NCBI GenBank assembly: GCA_043767805.1
Contig: JAYUGC010000123.1
Span: 1-27,218 of the forward strand
From: Pseudomonadota bacterium
Lineage (GTDB): Bacteria; Bdellovibrionota; FAC87; UBA2466
Direction: 5' to 3'
DNA length: 27,218 nucleotides
Below the pieces are notes generated by a model. That model made no database searches. It saw nothing but the letters and a program-made list of their open reading frames with translations, and was not told where the DNA came from. Shown here piece after piece: positions 9,314 to 18,848 of this stretch. The position numbers were made by a program, and so were the translations under genes. Each line of letters begins with the position of its first letter. Position 1 is the stretch's first letter.

Positions 9314-9455
9314 ACTCTCGTCTTGAGCGAGAGCGCAGAAGTTCACTTGATGCGGTGGCTTCAGATGTTGACGCCTCCTCATCCAGCTTTTTATGGCGCG
9401 ATGAAGTGCATATCCACTATATTGGTTTCGAAAACTCTTCCCAGGAGCTCCTATT

Positions 9456-10850
9456 ATGCGTTTTAGGGACCGTTGCATTTCAGCCATGACGTTACTGGTT
9501 TGGTTCTCCGTCACACCGGCAGAGAGTGCTTCCAATAGATACGCCGATCGTTTCGTGAACACAGTGACTGCAACTAGCGTTTCGGCCGAGTTTACCGAGA
9601 GTCTCATTTACGGCAATGCCGAGTATGGCTATTTTGAAACGACTGAAATCTCACGACAAGGGCAACGAGTAGCGGCACGGCTAGTGCCCCCAGGTTTCCG
9701 CATCCCTATCGATATCTACCTGAAAAAGAAAAGGGCAGACGCCACTTTCTACTATGAGAAGGTGGGTAGTCAGACCTTTGCCTTTCCACTCTCCCCGAAC
9801 GAGATAGTTCCTCAACCCCTCCCCAAGGCGGACAATTTCACTCCAAGGTTTTTCCTCGGGAGAGGAATAGATAAGGGAGCGAAATCCGTTGTATTTATAG
9901 CAAACCGGTTTGCCGAGATCGTTTGGGTCTATGCAACCCCCGGACCCATAATGAATTACGCAGCTCTTCCGCTTGGAAAGGGAAGGTATGCCTCTCTGGG
10001 CGACTTCGGTTTATTCGAGATTTTTCATTTCGATGGAACGGTGGAAAGAACGATCGATCTGGCTACGAATACCCATCATGACTTCCTCTACGATGGGGGA
10101 AATCATATTACGGGGCTGGGCTTGGAGCTGGTGAACTTAACGGGTCAGTCCGGATCCAGTCTGAAGCCGGGCCAATACTGGGTTGGGAAAATTCTCGATC
10201 TCGATCTAACCTCGAAGAAGGTAGTGACTCTTTGGAACGCCCTCGCCGATTCAATCCTCCTTTCGGGGCGGCAGTTGCTAAAAGTGACGCCGCGAGCAGT
10301 GGGAGGTCTCGACCACATCAATTCGATCGATCACGGCGCTGGTAAAGGGTATCTGGCTTCGCTTCGCAATCTCAATACGCTACTATTTTTCGATGAGTCA
10401 TTTCGCCTGATCTGGAGTCTCGGAAACGCTCCGGGGGTTACCATCAGCACAAAAGGGACAAACTTTGAGTTTCGCGGACAGCATCACGCTACGCTGCTAG
10501 AGAATGGAAACATTCAACTACTCGACAATAACGGAAAACAAAAAACCAGAATTCTCGAGCTTAAGGTCGATGAAATTAGCCAATCGGCGAGCCTAGTCCG
10601 GGAATTCCTGCCTGACCTGCCTCTGCACGGGGCTCAACGAGGCTCGGCTTTTCGGATCGCGAATGGAAACACGGTGGCCCTAATCAATGCCACATTATCG
10701 CCCAATCCCGCGCAGCACGTGGTGGAATTCGATTCCATGGGAAGACAAACGGCTCTCATGACCATTCCAAACGAGGTTCTGGGAGACGGATACCGCATGA
10801 GTCCTTTGGATACGATTGGGAATGAAGTGTATTTGGGCCCGTCACTCTAA
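9456..10850 (+). CDS. Aryl-sulfate sulfotransferase (ASST family, PAPS-independent), exported
   Basis: Signal peptide; ordered motifs THHDF, DHINSI, LASLRN, W.LG, FRGQHHA, LLDN and GSAFRIANGNT match the ASST beta-propeller active site; AGGAG RBS. Confidence 0.85.
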   Translation: MRFRDRCISAMTLLVWFSVTPAESASNRYADRFVNTVTATSVSAEFTESLIYGNAEYGYFETTEISRQGQRVAARLVPPGFRIPIDIYLKKKRADATFYYEKVGSQTFAFPLSPNEIVPQPLPKADNFTPRFFLGRGIDKGAKSVVFIANRFAEIVWVYATPGPIMNYAALPLGKGRYASLGDFGLFEIFHFDGTVERTIDLATNTHHDFLYDGGNHITGLGLELVNLTGQSGSSLKPGQYWVGKILDLDLTSKKVVTLWNALADSILLSGRQLLKVTPRAVGGLDHINSIDHGAGKGYLASLRNLNTLLFFDESFRLIWSLGNAPGVTISTKGTNFEFRGQHHATLLENGNIQLLDNNGKQKTRILELKVDEISQSASLVREFLPDLPLHGAQRGSAFRIANGNTVALINATLSPNPAQHVVEFDSMGRQTALMTIPNEVLGDGYRMSPLDTIGNEVYLGPSL

Positions 10851-12683
10851 AGTAGCCCGGGCATCTCGCACTCTGTCCCTAAGATCAGAGGAAAGGGTAG
10901 CACGCGGGGAAGGTCTCATCACTCCCTCGTTCATTACCAGAACCTGATCGCAAATTTTTACGACATCCTGGCTGTGCGTCACCACAATTAGAGCCAGCTT
11001 TCCTTTGAGAGCGGCAATGGATTCTATAATCTTCCTCTCGTTCTCTTTGTCCAGTGCGCTGGTCGCCTCATCGAGGATAAGTAGCCACGGATCCCTATAC
11101 AGGGCTCGGGCGATGGCCAGTCTTTGTCGTTCCCCACCGGAAAAAAAGGCTCCGCCCTCCCCAATTTCTGAATGAATTCCTAGAGGAAGTCTCTCGATAA
11201 ATGACATTGCCCCTGCCGATTCTAGAGCCTTTTTGGCCTTCGCCTCATTCGGGTGTGTTTCTCCCAAAGCCAAATTGTTTAAAATAGTGCCGTGAAACAG
11301 GGGGCAGTTCTGGGGAACGAACCCGATTCTCTTCCGCCAATCCTCCATATCTACATCGCTAAGAGGGATTCCATCTAACGAGATCTCCCCGGACTGGGGC
11401 TCGAGCAATCCTGTCACCAGATCCAGCAAGGTGCTTTTGCCACTCCCCGAGGCACCCACGATCGCAACCGAGTCTTTCTTCGAAAGACTAAAAGAAACCT
11501 TATGAATGGCTGTATCCCCGGCTTTATCGGGGTAGCCATAACTCACTTCTCTGAAGGCAAGTTTGCGGTCGAATGTCGCGGCGACCTTAGGACACCGAAC
11601 TTGCTTCCGTACCTGAAGTTGCCCGTAGAGCCGCAGCCAGCCCACGGCGGCATACTGATACTCTTTCGCCGAGTGAAAATTTTTCTGTGTGTTGATTGCA
11701 TAGGGCATCATGCGAATCAAGAGGCCGAGAAAAGCCATCTCTTCACCCAAGGGACCTCTCTGATGTTCGAGAGCCACAAGCAATATTCCAATTATGAGAA
11801 CCGCTCCCAGCTCAAGTAAGAGTTGTGCCGAAACATGACTCAGGACCGTTAAAAGATAATGCCGTTGAAAGTGGTTGAATGACTCGCGCACCTTCCTCAT
11901 GGCATATGTGGTGCTCCCGCTCAGGCGAAAATACTTCATGCCGCTCAGCACTTCTGCAGTTGTCTCTGCGTGTAGCCTAAGAAACTGATCTAGCTCATTC
12001 GCAGAATTTTTCGTCTGCCTGGAGAATAGCCCCCTCGTGAGCCGCAAAAGAGCAAAACAAGCGAGGCATACCATCGCAAGTACGGGTTTGATTAAAAAGG
12101 CCGTGCCTAACAAGGCAGCCATTGCCGAGGCATGGCTCAACGATGAAATCAGCCACTGAGCTCCTCTCGAGAAATTCTCGCCATCCGCAACCAGAGCCTT
12201 CGTGGCACCGCCAATCCTTAATTCGTTGTATCGTTCCCAAGGCACGGCACAGAACGATTCCAGCATCCGAGAGTGTAACGCCCGCTCGATTTTCGGGCGC
12301 AGATTTCCGTTGAAATAGGAGGCAAGAAACTTGGATCCTGCGGCGAGCCATCCGATCAATATGAAAGCTCCTACTCCAAAGCCAAACACCCATTGGCGGT
12401 TCTCTGTATGCGCCCACGTCTGCGTGGTGAGCTCAGCTGCTGAAATAGATTTAAAAACGGGAATCAACGTTACTAGAGCAAGTCCTTGTAAAACCCCCGA
12501 TGCCGCCTGAAAGAACATGGCGGCGCCCGCGTCCTTGGGGGCGATACGTATGGCGTAGGAAAACTGATTTAGGGTGGTCAGTATGTCGGACTTCGCAATA
12601 GCCTCGAGCGCTCTGCGAACTGCAATACCGAAATTTAGACTGCCTTTACGTTCTTGTTCCATGGGCAATATAGTTTGGACCAA
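10842..12683 (-). CDS. ABC transporter, fused permease/ATPase (MsbA/PglK-like glycan or glycolipid exporter)
   Basis: About six TM helices followed by Walker A GASGSGKST, Q-loop VPQN, signature FSGGERQR, Walker B LILDEATSALD and H-switch VTH. Confidence 0.92.
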   Translation of the reverse strand: MVQTILPMEQERKGSLNFGIAVRRALEAIAKSDILTTLNQFSYAIRIAPKDAGAAMFFQAASGVLQGLALVTLIPVFKSISAAELTTQTWAHTENRQWVFGFGVGAFILIGWLAAGSKFLASYFNGNLRPKIERALHSRMLESFCAVPWERYNELRIGGATKALVADGENFSRGAQWLISSLSHASAMAALLGTAFLIKPVLAMVCLACFALLRLTRGLFSRQTKNSANELDQFLRLHAETTAEVLSGMKYFRLSGSTTYAMRKVRESFNHFQRHYLLTVLSHVSAQLLLELGAVLIIGILLVALEHQRGPLGEEMAFLGLLIRMMPYAINTQKNFHSAKEYQYAAVGWLRLYGQLQVRKQVRCPKVAATFDRKLAFREVSYGYPDKAGDTAIHKVSFSLSKKDSVAIVGASGSGKSTLLDLVTGLLEPQSGEISLDGIPLSDVDMEDWRKRIGFVPQNCPLFHGTILNNLALGETHPNEAKAKKALESAGAMSFIERLPLGIHSEIGEGGAFFSGGERQRLAIARALYRDPWLLILDEATSALDKENERKIIESIAALKGKLALIVVTHSQDVVKICDQVLVMNEGVMRPSPRATLSSDLRDRVRDARATLE

Positions 12684-12757
12684 TTCTCGATTAAGGGATG
12701 CCGGATTTATAGAAGGGATGTTAAATTTCGCGTCTGAGTTGACGATTTGAGGGAAGC

Positions 12758-13714
12758 TTGAGAGTCCGCGTCATCATTCCATATTACCTGGGCGAAAGGA
12801 CCATCGCCACTTGCCTAAATAGTATCGACTCGTCCCATTATCGGGTGGAGGAAGTCGTAATCGTAGATAACAGTCCAACCCCGGTCACTGAGGCATTGTC
12901 CGGAGTTTCCGCAGGCATCCCTACGGTCCTGACAACTAGGTGCGGCATCGGATTTGCTCGGGCATGCAACGTCGGGATGGCCTACGCGCTGAGTCGGGAG
13001 ACAGAAATAATCATTCTCCTAAATCAAGACGCGTACGTCTTCCCCCATTGCATAGGCCAACTGGTTCAGCAGCTTAGAGCAAAATCTTCAGCCTTCGCCG
13101 CTGCCCCTATCGAATTGACCTACGATGGCAATGACATATCGAAATTTGTTCTTAGAAATTACCTCCTGAAAAATGAGGAGCTCGTCCGAGATCTCCTCCT
13201 CGAACGGACCAAAGGGTCGTATGAAGTTCCCTATAACGGGGTAAACGGCTCGTGTCTGGCGCTGACCGCAAAAGGGGTGGCTCAGGTTGGAATGTTCGAT
13301 CCTTTGTTCTTTATGTACGGCGAAGAGCGCGACCTACTTTATCGGGCCGAGCAACAGAGCTTGAAGATAATCCAGGTTCCAGGGGCGAAGATAGGACACG
13401 TCCACTCCCACGCCAGCACGACCGATCGTCGTCAGAAGATGAAGATACAAACGTGGGGCCAGCGGGAGCGGAGTATTAGACGGCTCAAACTCCCCTCCCA
13501 CTCGATCCCCAGAGCTCTATGGCAGTCTGCGGTTTCCGCTTTGTTGTGGTACGCCAAGCCTCTCCGGCGTTTTGAGTTTCGACGATTACTAGCTTACCTA
13601 AGAGGCGATCTATCCGCCCTTCGGGACGTTGCCAAAATCCTTCGGCATCGATCCGCTAGTCAGATCCGCCATTCAGTTGCCCGTCAAATTTCCGCGGATA
13701 CTTCGGCGCCTTGA
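12758..13714 (+). CDS. Glycosyltransferase family 2 (GT-A, RfbF/WbbL-like)
   Basis: VIIP, VVIVDNS, GFARACNVG, LLNQD and VGMFDPLFFMYGEERDL; TTG start after GAGGG. Confidence 0.9.
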   Translation: MRVRVIIPYYLGERTIATCLNSIDSSHYRVEEVVIVDNSPTPVTEALSGVSAGIPTVLTTRCGIGFARACNVGMAYALSRETEIIILLNQDAYVFPHCIGQLVQQLRAKSSAFAAAPIELTYDGNDISKFVLRNYLLKNEELVRDLLLERTKGSYEVPYNGVNGSCLALTAKGVAQVGMFDPLFFMYGEERDLLYRAEQQSLKIIQVPGAKIGHVHSHASTTDRRQKMKIQTWGQRERSIRRLKLPSHSIPRALWQSAVSALLWYAKPLRRFEFRRLLAYLRGDLSALRDVAKILRHRSASQIRHSVARQISADTSAP

Positions 13715-13721
13715 GGATGCC

Positions 13722-14927
13722 ATGCTGACTTTCTTCAATAATCATCGCATTAGTTTTTTGATGTTTGTAAGAAGGATTTTGTCTCCCCTCGTGTGGGGCG
13801 TGTACAAGGTAAGAAACCACTTTCGATCCTCTGAACGCAATCCGGGCCGAAGGGCAGTGCTAGTGGTGGCCAAGACCCAGCTCAGCTTCTATTGTGCCAT
13901 GGGTCTGGAAAAGCTTCTGGGCGCTGAAAATGACGTAGACGTGTACGTCACCGGCCCACCCCATATTAAGAAGAAACATTGGAAGACGATTAACTCCGGG
14001 AATATCGAAGCGCGGCCAAAATGGATCGGTCGTCTTGATTCGCTAACCCGCCGATGGAGCTTAATCTGCTTTCCGACCCACTATATGGGCGCCTACTTTC
14101 ACCCGGAGATTCCGAAGGTCTACGTCAATCACGGCCTAGAAACCGGAAAACTGATATTCGGAGATCGTGCTTACACCTACGGCTGGAAATCTCTCATCCG
14201 CCGAAATAAAACTTACTACACCGCGTTTCTTGCCAACTCCAAAGCAGAGTTCGAGCTAGCAAACTTGGAGTACCCCAAGGTTTTTGATGGAAAGATCATC
14301 CTTACGAGCGAATGTACCGCCGAAAGGTTAATCGCAATGCGAGAGGAAAGTGAAACGCGCTCTGGGACACAAGAGTCTTCCCCGCCCAGAAAAAAGAAAA
14401 TTCTATTCTTGTCCTCGTGGGGAACCGACACTCTCTTACTCGGAAGAGAGAGTAGGCTTTTGAGGGAAGCCCTACAACTGAGCGATGTCTATGAGTTCAC
14501 TCTCGTGGCGCACGCAAACAACTTTCGGAATAAGACCGCCCTCTCAGCGATGGCTTCTCTTAAGGCCGCGGGACTGAGTATCATCGAGCCAGGGGTGGAC
14601 TCTTGGCTTGCCTACGCGCTAAGAGCGGATCTCGCCATCAGCGACGTAACTTCAATGTCTTTATATTTTGGGCTTTTGAACAAGCCAATAGCCTTTGTGC
14701 CCGTGGATACGTCGCGGTTTCCGCCGAACAGTCCCTTTCACGCCATTTACTCGGCGGCACCCAAAATAGTGACTACGCAACCTCTACGGTTAGAGATCGA
14801 GAGATGCTTAACGTTGGATTCGGCCGGCCACGTTACGACAATTCTAAAAAACGAGTTTCCGTACCTTGGTAGGAGAAATCATCTACGAGGGGTACTCCGC
14901 CATCTCCTATCCACCCAAACCGCCTGA
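13722..14927 (+). CDS. GT-B fold protein resembling the CDP-glycerol glycerophosphotransferase (TagF/EpsJ-like) family
   Basis: VNHG...K, KKILFLSSWG and ADLAISDVTSMSLYFGLLNKPI resemble the TagF-family HG, aPTWr and DiLItDySS..fef..l.KP motifs; GAGG RBS before ATG 13722. Confidence 0.6.
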   Translation: MLTFFNNHRISFLMFVRRILSPLVWGVYKVRNHFRSSERNPGRRAVLVVAKTQLSFYCAMGLEKLLGAENDVDVYVTGPPHIKKKHWKTINSGNIEARPKWIGRLDSLTRRWSLICFPTHYMGAYFHPEIPKVYVNHGLETGKLIFGDRAYTYGWKSLIRRNKTYYTAFLANSKAEFELANLEYPKVFDGKIILTSECTAERLIAMREESETRSGTQESSPPRKKKILFLSSWGTDTLLLGRESRLLREALQLSDVYEFTLVAHANNFRNKTALSAMASLKAAGLSIIEPGVDSWLAYALRADLAISDVTSMSLYFGLLNKPIAFVPVDTSRFPPNSPFHAIYSAAPKIVTTQPLRLEIERCLTLDSAGHVTTILKNEFPYLGRRNHLRGVLRHLLSTQTA

Positions 14928-15848
14928 ACCAAATCTTGCTAAAGTCATCAGCCCACTACGGCGCAACAAAAAAGTCCAAAGCGACTGCGGCACCAGAAGG
15001 AGTCTGAGCATGTAGAGTGCTTTCGCCCACTTCAGATCGAGATGCAAAATCGCCGGTAGAATATCCCTGGCCGCCTCACGGCGCCTGCCTTCCTGAATCA
15101 GCCACCTCGCGCCGGTAGTCGCCAGAAAGGCACGCTGAGCCCGTATCGTCATTAGGCCACCAATTTCTCCCAGCCACTTTCTGCATTCCTCGGGAGTGTA
15201 ACTTCGACTAAGCCTGTCCACCGAAGGCTCCAAACTCCAGGTGGAAAGGCAGTGACGCACGAAGTGGAAAGACACTCCTTCGGCATGGAGCCTTAGGCAC
15301 AGGTCAATGTCTTGGAAATTACGCCTCGGAGAGAAAGGGATTTCCCGAGCTAGCTTTGCCGGCAATACAATCGTGCTGCTTTGAATCAGGCCGAAAGAGC
15401 AAAGAAGAAACTCAGCGAGAGAAGTGTCTGGTGAAGGCCCTTGAAGAGGCCGCGTTCGAGTGACCGGGCCGTTTCGAATTCTCGTTTGGTGAAAATAGAG
15501 GGTTCGCTCGCTTGAAGCTCCTCTTCCAATTTCGTTAGCCATGATTTCTAGTTTTTTCTCATGCCACTCGTCATCTGAATCCAAGAAAGCGATATACGAG
15601 CCGTGCGACGCGTTGACGCCGCAGTTTCGCGCGGCTCCTCCGCCGACATTGCGGGATAATCTCAGAAATTTAATGCTGAAGGTGCCGAACGCTTCGACTA
15701 CCGCAGCGAGGTTTTCGCTCGACGCATCGTCCACCACGATAAGCTCGAAATCTTTCCATGTCTGTCGCTGCACGGAGCTTATGGCGCGTCGCAGGGAATG
15801 GCTGCGATTAAAGGCAGGAATGACGACGCTAAAGAAGGGTGGCCGCAT
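14907..15848 (-). CDS. Glycosyltransferase family 2 (GT-A)
   Basis: FSVVIPAFNR, SVQRQT..DFELIVVDDAS, GGGAARNCG and YIAFLDSDDEW (DxD motif). Confidence 0.93.
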   Translation of the reverse strand: MRPPFFSVVIPAFNRSHSLRRAISSVQRQTWKDFELIVVDDASSENLAAVVEAFGTFSIKFLRLSRNVGGGAARNCGVNASHGSYIAFLDSDDEWHEKKLEIMANEIGRGASSERTLYFHQTRIRNGPVTRTRPLQGPSPDTSLAEFLLCSFGLIQSSTIVLPAKLAREIPFSPRRNFQDIDLCLRLHAEGVSFHFVRHCLSTWSLEPSVDRLSRSYTPEECRKWLGEIGGLMTIRAQRAFLATTGARWLIQEGRRREAARDILPAILHLDLKWAKALYMLRLLLVPQSLWTFLLRRSGLMTLARFGSGGLGG

Positions 15849-15913
15849 TGATATCCGAAATCTAGTTTGTCAATTGTCGGTGACTGGACAACCATAGTAA
15901 ATCAGAGGTTGCG

Positions 15914-16960
15914 ATGCCCTCCGTCATTGTGAAGCCAATCTTTCTTCGAATAGGTACCTTTCTTGCCGTAGCCGTCGCGATACTCTTGGGTCTCGAGTGC
16001 GGCATTCGGATTCTGCACCTCGTTCCAGAAGCTGTCGTCCCCATGGAGATAGGGCAGTTCGACCCGCTTCTCGGATGGTCCTATCGTCCATCGAGCAGAG
16101 GCGTTTCGTCCGCAACGGGGCAATCCGTTGAGTATGTGATCAATAGTTTTGGTTACCGCGGACCCGAGCGGGGATACGAAAAGCCAAAGGGCACCTTCCG
16201 AATTGTAGTACTCGGAGATAGCCGAACGTTCGGTTTCGGCGTTCCCATAGAAAGGCATTTCACGATGCTTCTCTAAGGTTACTTTGAGCGCGTGGAGGTA
16301 ATCAATCTCGGAGTCTGCGGTTTTGGCGTCGACCAGGAGTTATTGATGCTGAGAAAGGAGGGGTTCCGCTATCATCCGGATCTGGTGATTGCTTACGTAG
16401 CGCACTACAGCTCTCACCGTCATATCCGCAAACGCAGTTTTGGTAGAGAAAAGCCTGTTTTCCTTTTACAGGACGGCCAGTTGGTCCTAGAGAACTCGCC
16501 GGTAGCGAGCCCCGGATGGAAGGACACGATGGTCTCGGGGCTACAACGGCACAGCGTTCTTGGTAGGCTAAGAGTCAGGCGAGCGTTAGCGAAGGTGACG
16601 TCTGGCTTCGAGAGCTTCTCTACAGAAGCGTTGAGTACCGAGGAGAAACAAGATGTCTTCCGTCGGGGAGAGGAGATCGTGGTTGCCATGCATAAGGAAT
16701 CACGCGCCCAGTCTGTTCCCTTTGTTCTCATCTCGCAGATTCCTGAATTGACCGAGGGAGTCCGTTCCCGCGGAGTGGCGACCTATGACGCTACTGAAGC
16801 TCTCCAGAATGCAAAACTTACCTTACCCGCTCCCCTCGCCCATATTAATGAATCAGGAAACGGAATTTTGGCCTGGGAGTTGGCAAGGTATCTGAAACAA
16901 AATGAACTAATCCCGCGTCCCTACTGGCCGAAAAAAGCAAAGGGGAATGAAGAGCTTTAA
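15914..16960 (+). pseudogene. Membrane-anchored SGNH/GDSL hydrolase-family protein (possible O-acyltransferase/esterase) split by one in-frame TAA
   Basis: ORFs 15914..16276 and 16292..16960 share a frame. N-terminal TM, INSFGYRG and VVLGDSRTFG (block I) precede TAA 16274-16276; EVINLGVCGFG (block II), PDLVI and HINESGN follow. Confidence 0.8.
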
Positions 16961-16977
16961 ATCCAGGGCAGCTGAGC

Positions 16978-17841
16978 TCAACTAAACTCCATAAAATCGG
17001 CCAATCTTCTCAATGTGCCCGCTAGTTTCCTTTCGATGAGAGACGCCAGTTTACTGAAACCATGGGCGGCCTTGTTGGAAGCATGGGCAAGCCTCACCCT
17101 TAGTAGGCGACGCCATGGCAAATCAGTTCTGGTGGATCGATATAGCGTACTATGTTGGGGACGCCTTTCCGCCTCGGGCCGACTGCTGGTGTAATAATAG
17201 AGCGCTAGCGACTTGCGGGTCCACCCCGGTGGACACGTAAGGGGCTCTGGATGGCCATGAAAAGAATCGGAGGTCGTGGAAAAGATCACACAGCGATTCA
17301 GAATCGGAAGTATCCGCTTCTGAGCAGCCTGCATCTGGGGATCCCAAAGTTCTAGATGGCCCCCGTATTCTTCTTTCCAGTCCTCGTTCAGATAGAGCAA
17401 GAGATTAATCCGGCGATCCAGACGCAGTTTCCTATGCCGGTTAAAATCCGCATGGATCTTCAAGAACCCCCCCGGCTGAATTTGATGAAGACCTCCTCCT
17501 TCGAGCCAAGGATCCCCTATGAATCCCTCAATGCCGGTAAGCGCCTCCAAGAATCCGATCATTTCGGGCCCATTGAACTCCATCAGCAGGGTCCGCAACT
17601 CCGGGGCAAAATTACGGGTTTCGTTGGACGCCAATTTCTTGTCCTGCGGGCGGTCGAACCTAGTCCAGGGAATGGCTTGCGGCTGGGGAAAGTGCTTTAG
17701 AATCTCGGCACAAGTCTCCGGAGACAAGAAATTATCTATGACAACGTGCGGAAAGGGACTCGCAGTGCGGTACTCAGCAGCCAGATCTTTAGCAAGTTGG
17801 CTGAACCGCGGTTCAGCGAATGGCGAAGGAAGGACTCTCAT
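16978..17841 (-). CDS. 2OG-Fe(II) oxygenase
   Basis: PFPHVVIDNFL, GGGLHQI..GGFLKIHADFN (HxD), LLLYLN..W...GGHLELW, SFHGHP (distal His) and RKSLALYYY (2OG-binding Arg). Confidence 0.92.
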   Translation of the reverse strand: MRVLPSPFAEPRFSQLAKDLAAEYRTASPFPHVVIDNFLSPETCAEILKHFPQPQAIPWTRFDRPQDKKLASNETRNFAPELRTLLMEFNGPEMIGFLEALTGIEGFIGDPWLEGGGLHQIQPGGFLKIHADFNRHRKLRLDRRINLLLYLNEDWKEEYGGHLELWDPQMQAAQKRILPILNRCVIFSTTSDSFHGHPEPLTCPPGWTRKSLALYYYTSSRPEAERRPQHSTLYRSTRTDLPWRRLLRVRLAHASNKAAHGFSKLASLIERKLAGTLRRLADFMEFS

Positions 17842-17928
17842 GGGTTCTGCAAAAGATTCAAAAATTGTGTTGAGACTAGCACGGCAGCAAGAAAGACGTC
17901 ACATTGGCGAAAGGCGGGTTGAGAGTAG

Positions 17929-18633
17929 TTAGATCTGGCGCTGCGGATGACTCTGCTCGCGGCCCAAAACCCAGAGCGTCTGGTTCTGCGTCCATGGCTC
18001 TTCGTGAAGCAAGACAAGCCCAGTTGCCTTAGCCGTCGCGAGGAGAAAATCGCGCCGATAGCGTACGCGGTGCAGGGGCGAATTTTCGACTTTCCCGAAA
18101 CCGGTAGGGTTAATTTCTTCATCGGGCAAACGCTCATCGACATAACAGGTAACTATGGCTCTCCCCCAGGGAGCCAACCGATTAGCTGTTTGCTTCAAAT
18201 AGAATTCGACATCGGAAAAGCGCAAATGAGTAAAAAGGGAGAACGCGCTCACGACATCGAAAATTTCCTCTGTTCCCAGGGGGAAGGGCGCCTCGTCGGG
18301 CCGGCTTGCCGCGAGCGGAGCGTATCGCTCGTTATGCACCTCGCTGAGGTAAAACTCAAACTGGGGCGACGAGCGAAACCGTTTCCGGCACCATTCGACA
18401 TGCGCAGGGCTTACTTCCGTTCCTTTGTAGACAATCTCCTGATCAAACCGGGCAAGCAGTCCCTGGGCGATGCGGCCTGTGCCACAGCCAATGTCTAGCA
18501 CCCGTTGGCCGGCCCGTAGCCCGCCCAAACGGACGAGGATAGCAACGTCTTTGCGGCAGCTTCGGTGGTAACTCCACACATCGAACCAGCGAGTACCATT
18601 GCGGAGCAATCGGGAAGGCGGCAAAAAATTCAC
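17929..18633 (-). CDS. Class I SAM-dependent methyltransferase
   Basis: VLDIGCGTGRIA, HNERY and FDVVSAFSLFTHL; GGAGG RBS upstream of the GTG start. Confidence 0.9.
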   Translation of the reverse strand: MNFLPPSRLLRNGTRWFDVWSYHRSCRKDVAILVRLGGLRAGQRVLDIGCGTGRIAQGLLARFDQEIVYKGTEVSPAHVEWCRKRFRSSPQFEFYLSEVHNERYAPLAASRPDEAPFPLGTEEIFDVVSAFSLFTHLRFSDVEFYLKQTANRLAPWGRAIVTCYVDERLPDEEINPTGFGKVENSPLHRVRYRRDFLLATAKATGLVLLHEEPWTQNQTLWVLGREQSHPQRQI

Positions 18634-18848
18634 GTCGGCACCCCTCCTTTGGGCTCTTCAGGGTTCAAAACAATAAGGTACATAGCTCGCGCAATCCTAC
18701 CTGAACACCGCCTTATGAGAAAAGTTATCCGGCTGTATCCCCATCTTAGACTTAGACAAGTTTTTGCCAGCTCGTCTTGTCCAACCTACACCACTGAGCC
18801 GGGCACTCACGCACCACGACCATTGGTTCGCCTACTATGGCGTCACCC

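Noticed and set aside
9393..9410. Possible sigma54 promoter upstream of the ASST gene (TGGCGC...TGC)
   Set aside because: GG-to-GC spacing is 11 nt rather than the strict 10.
12698..12726. ...ATGTTAAAT resembling a XerD arm (dif-like site)
   Set aside because: The XerD arm is imperfect and no XerC arm is present at the right spacing; it is better explained as an AT-rich divergent promoter region.
6967..16276. In-frame stops in two genes as evidence for stop-codon recoding
   Set aside because: The stops differ (TGA and TAA), both are used as normal terminators elsewhere in the window, and the transposase has other lesions.
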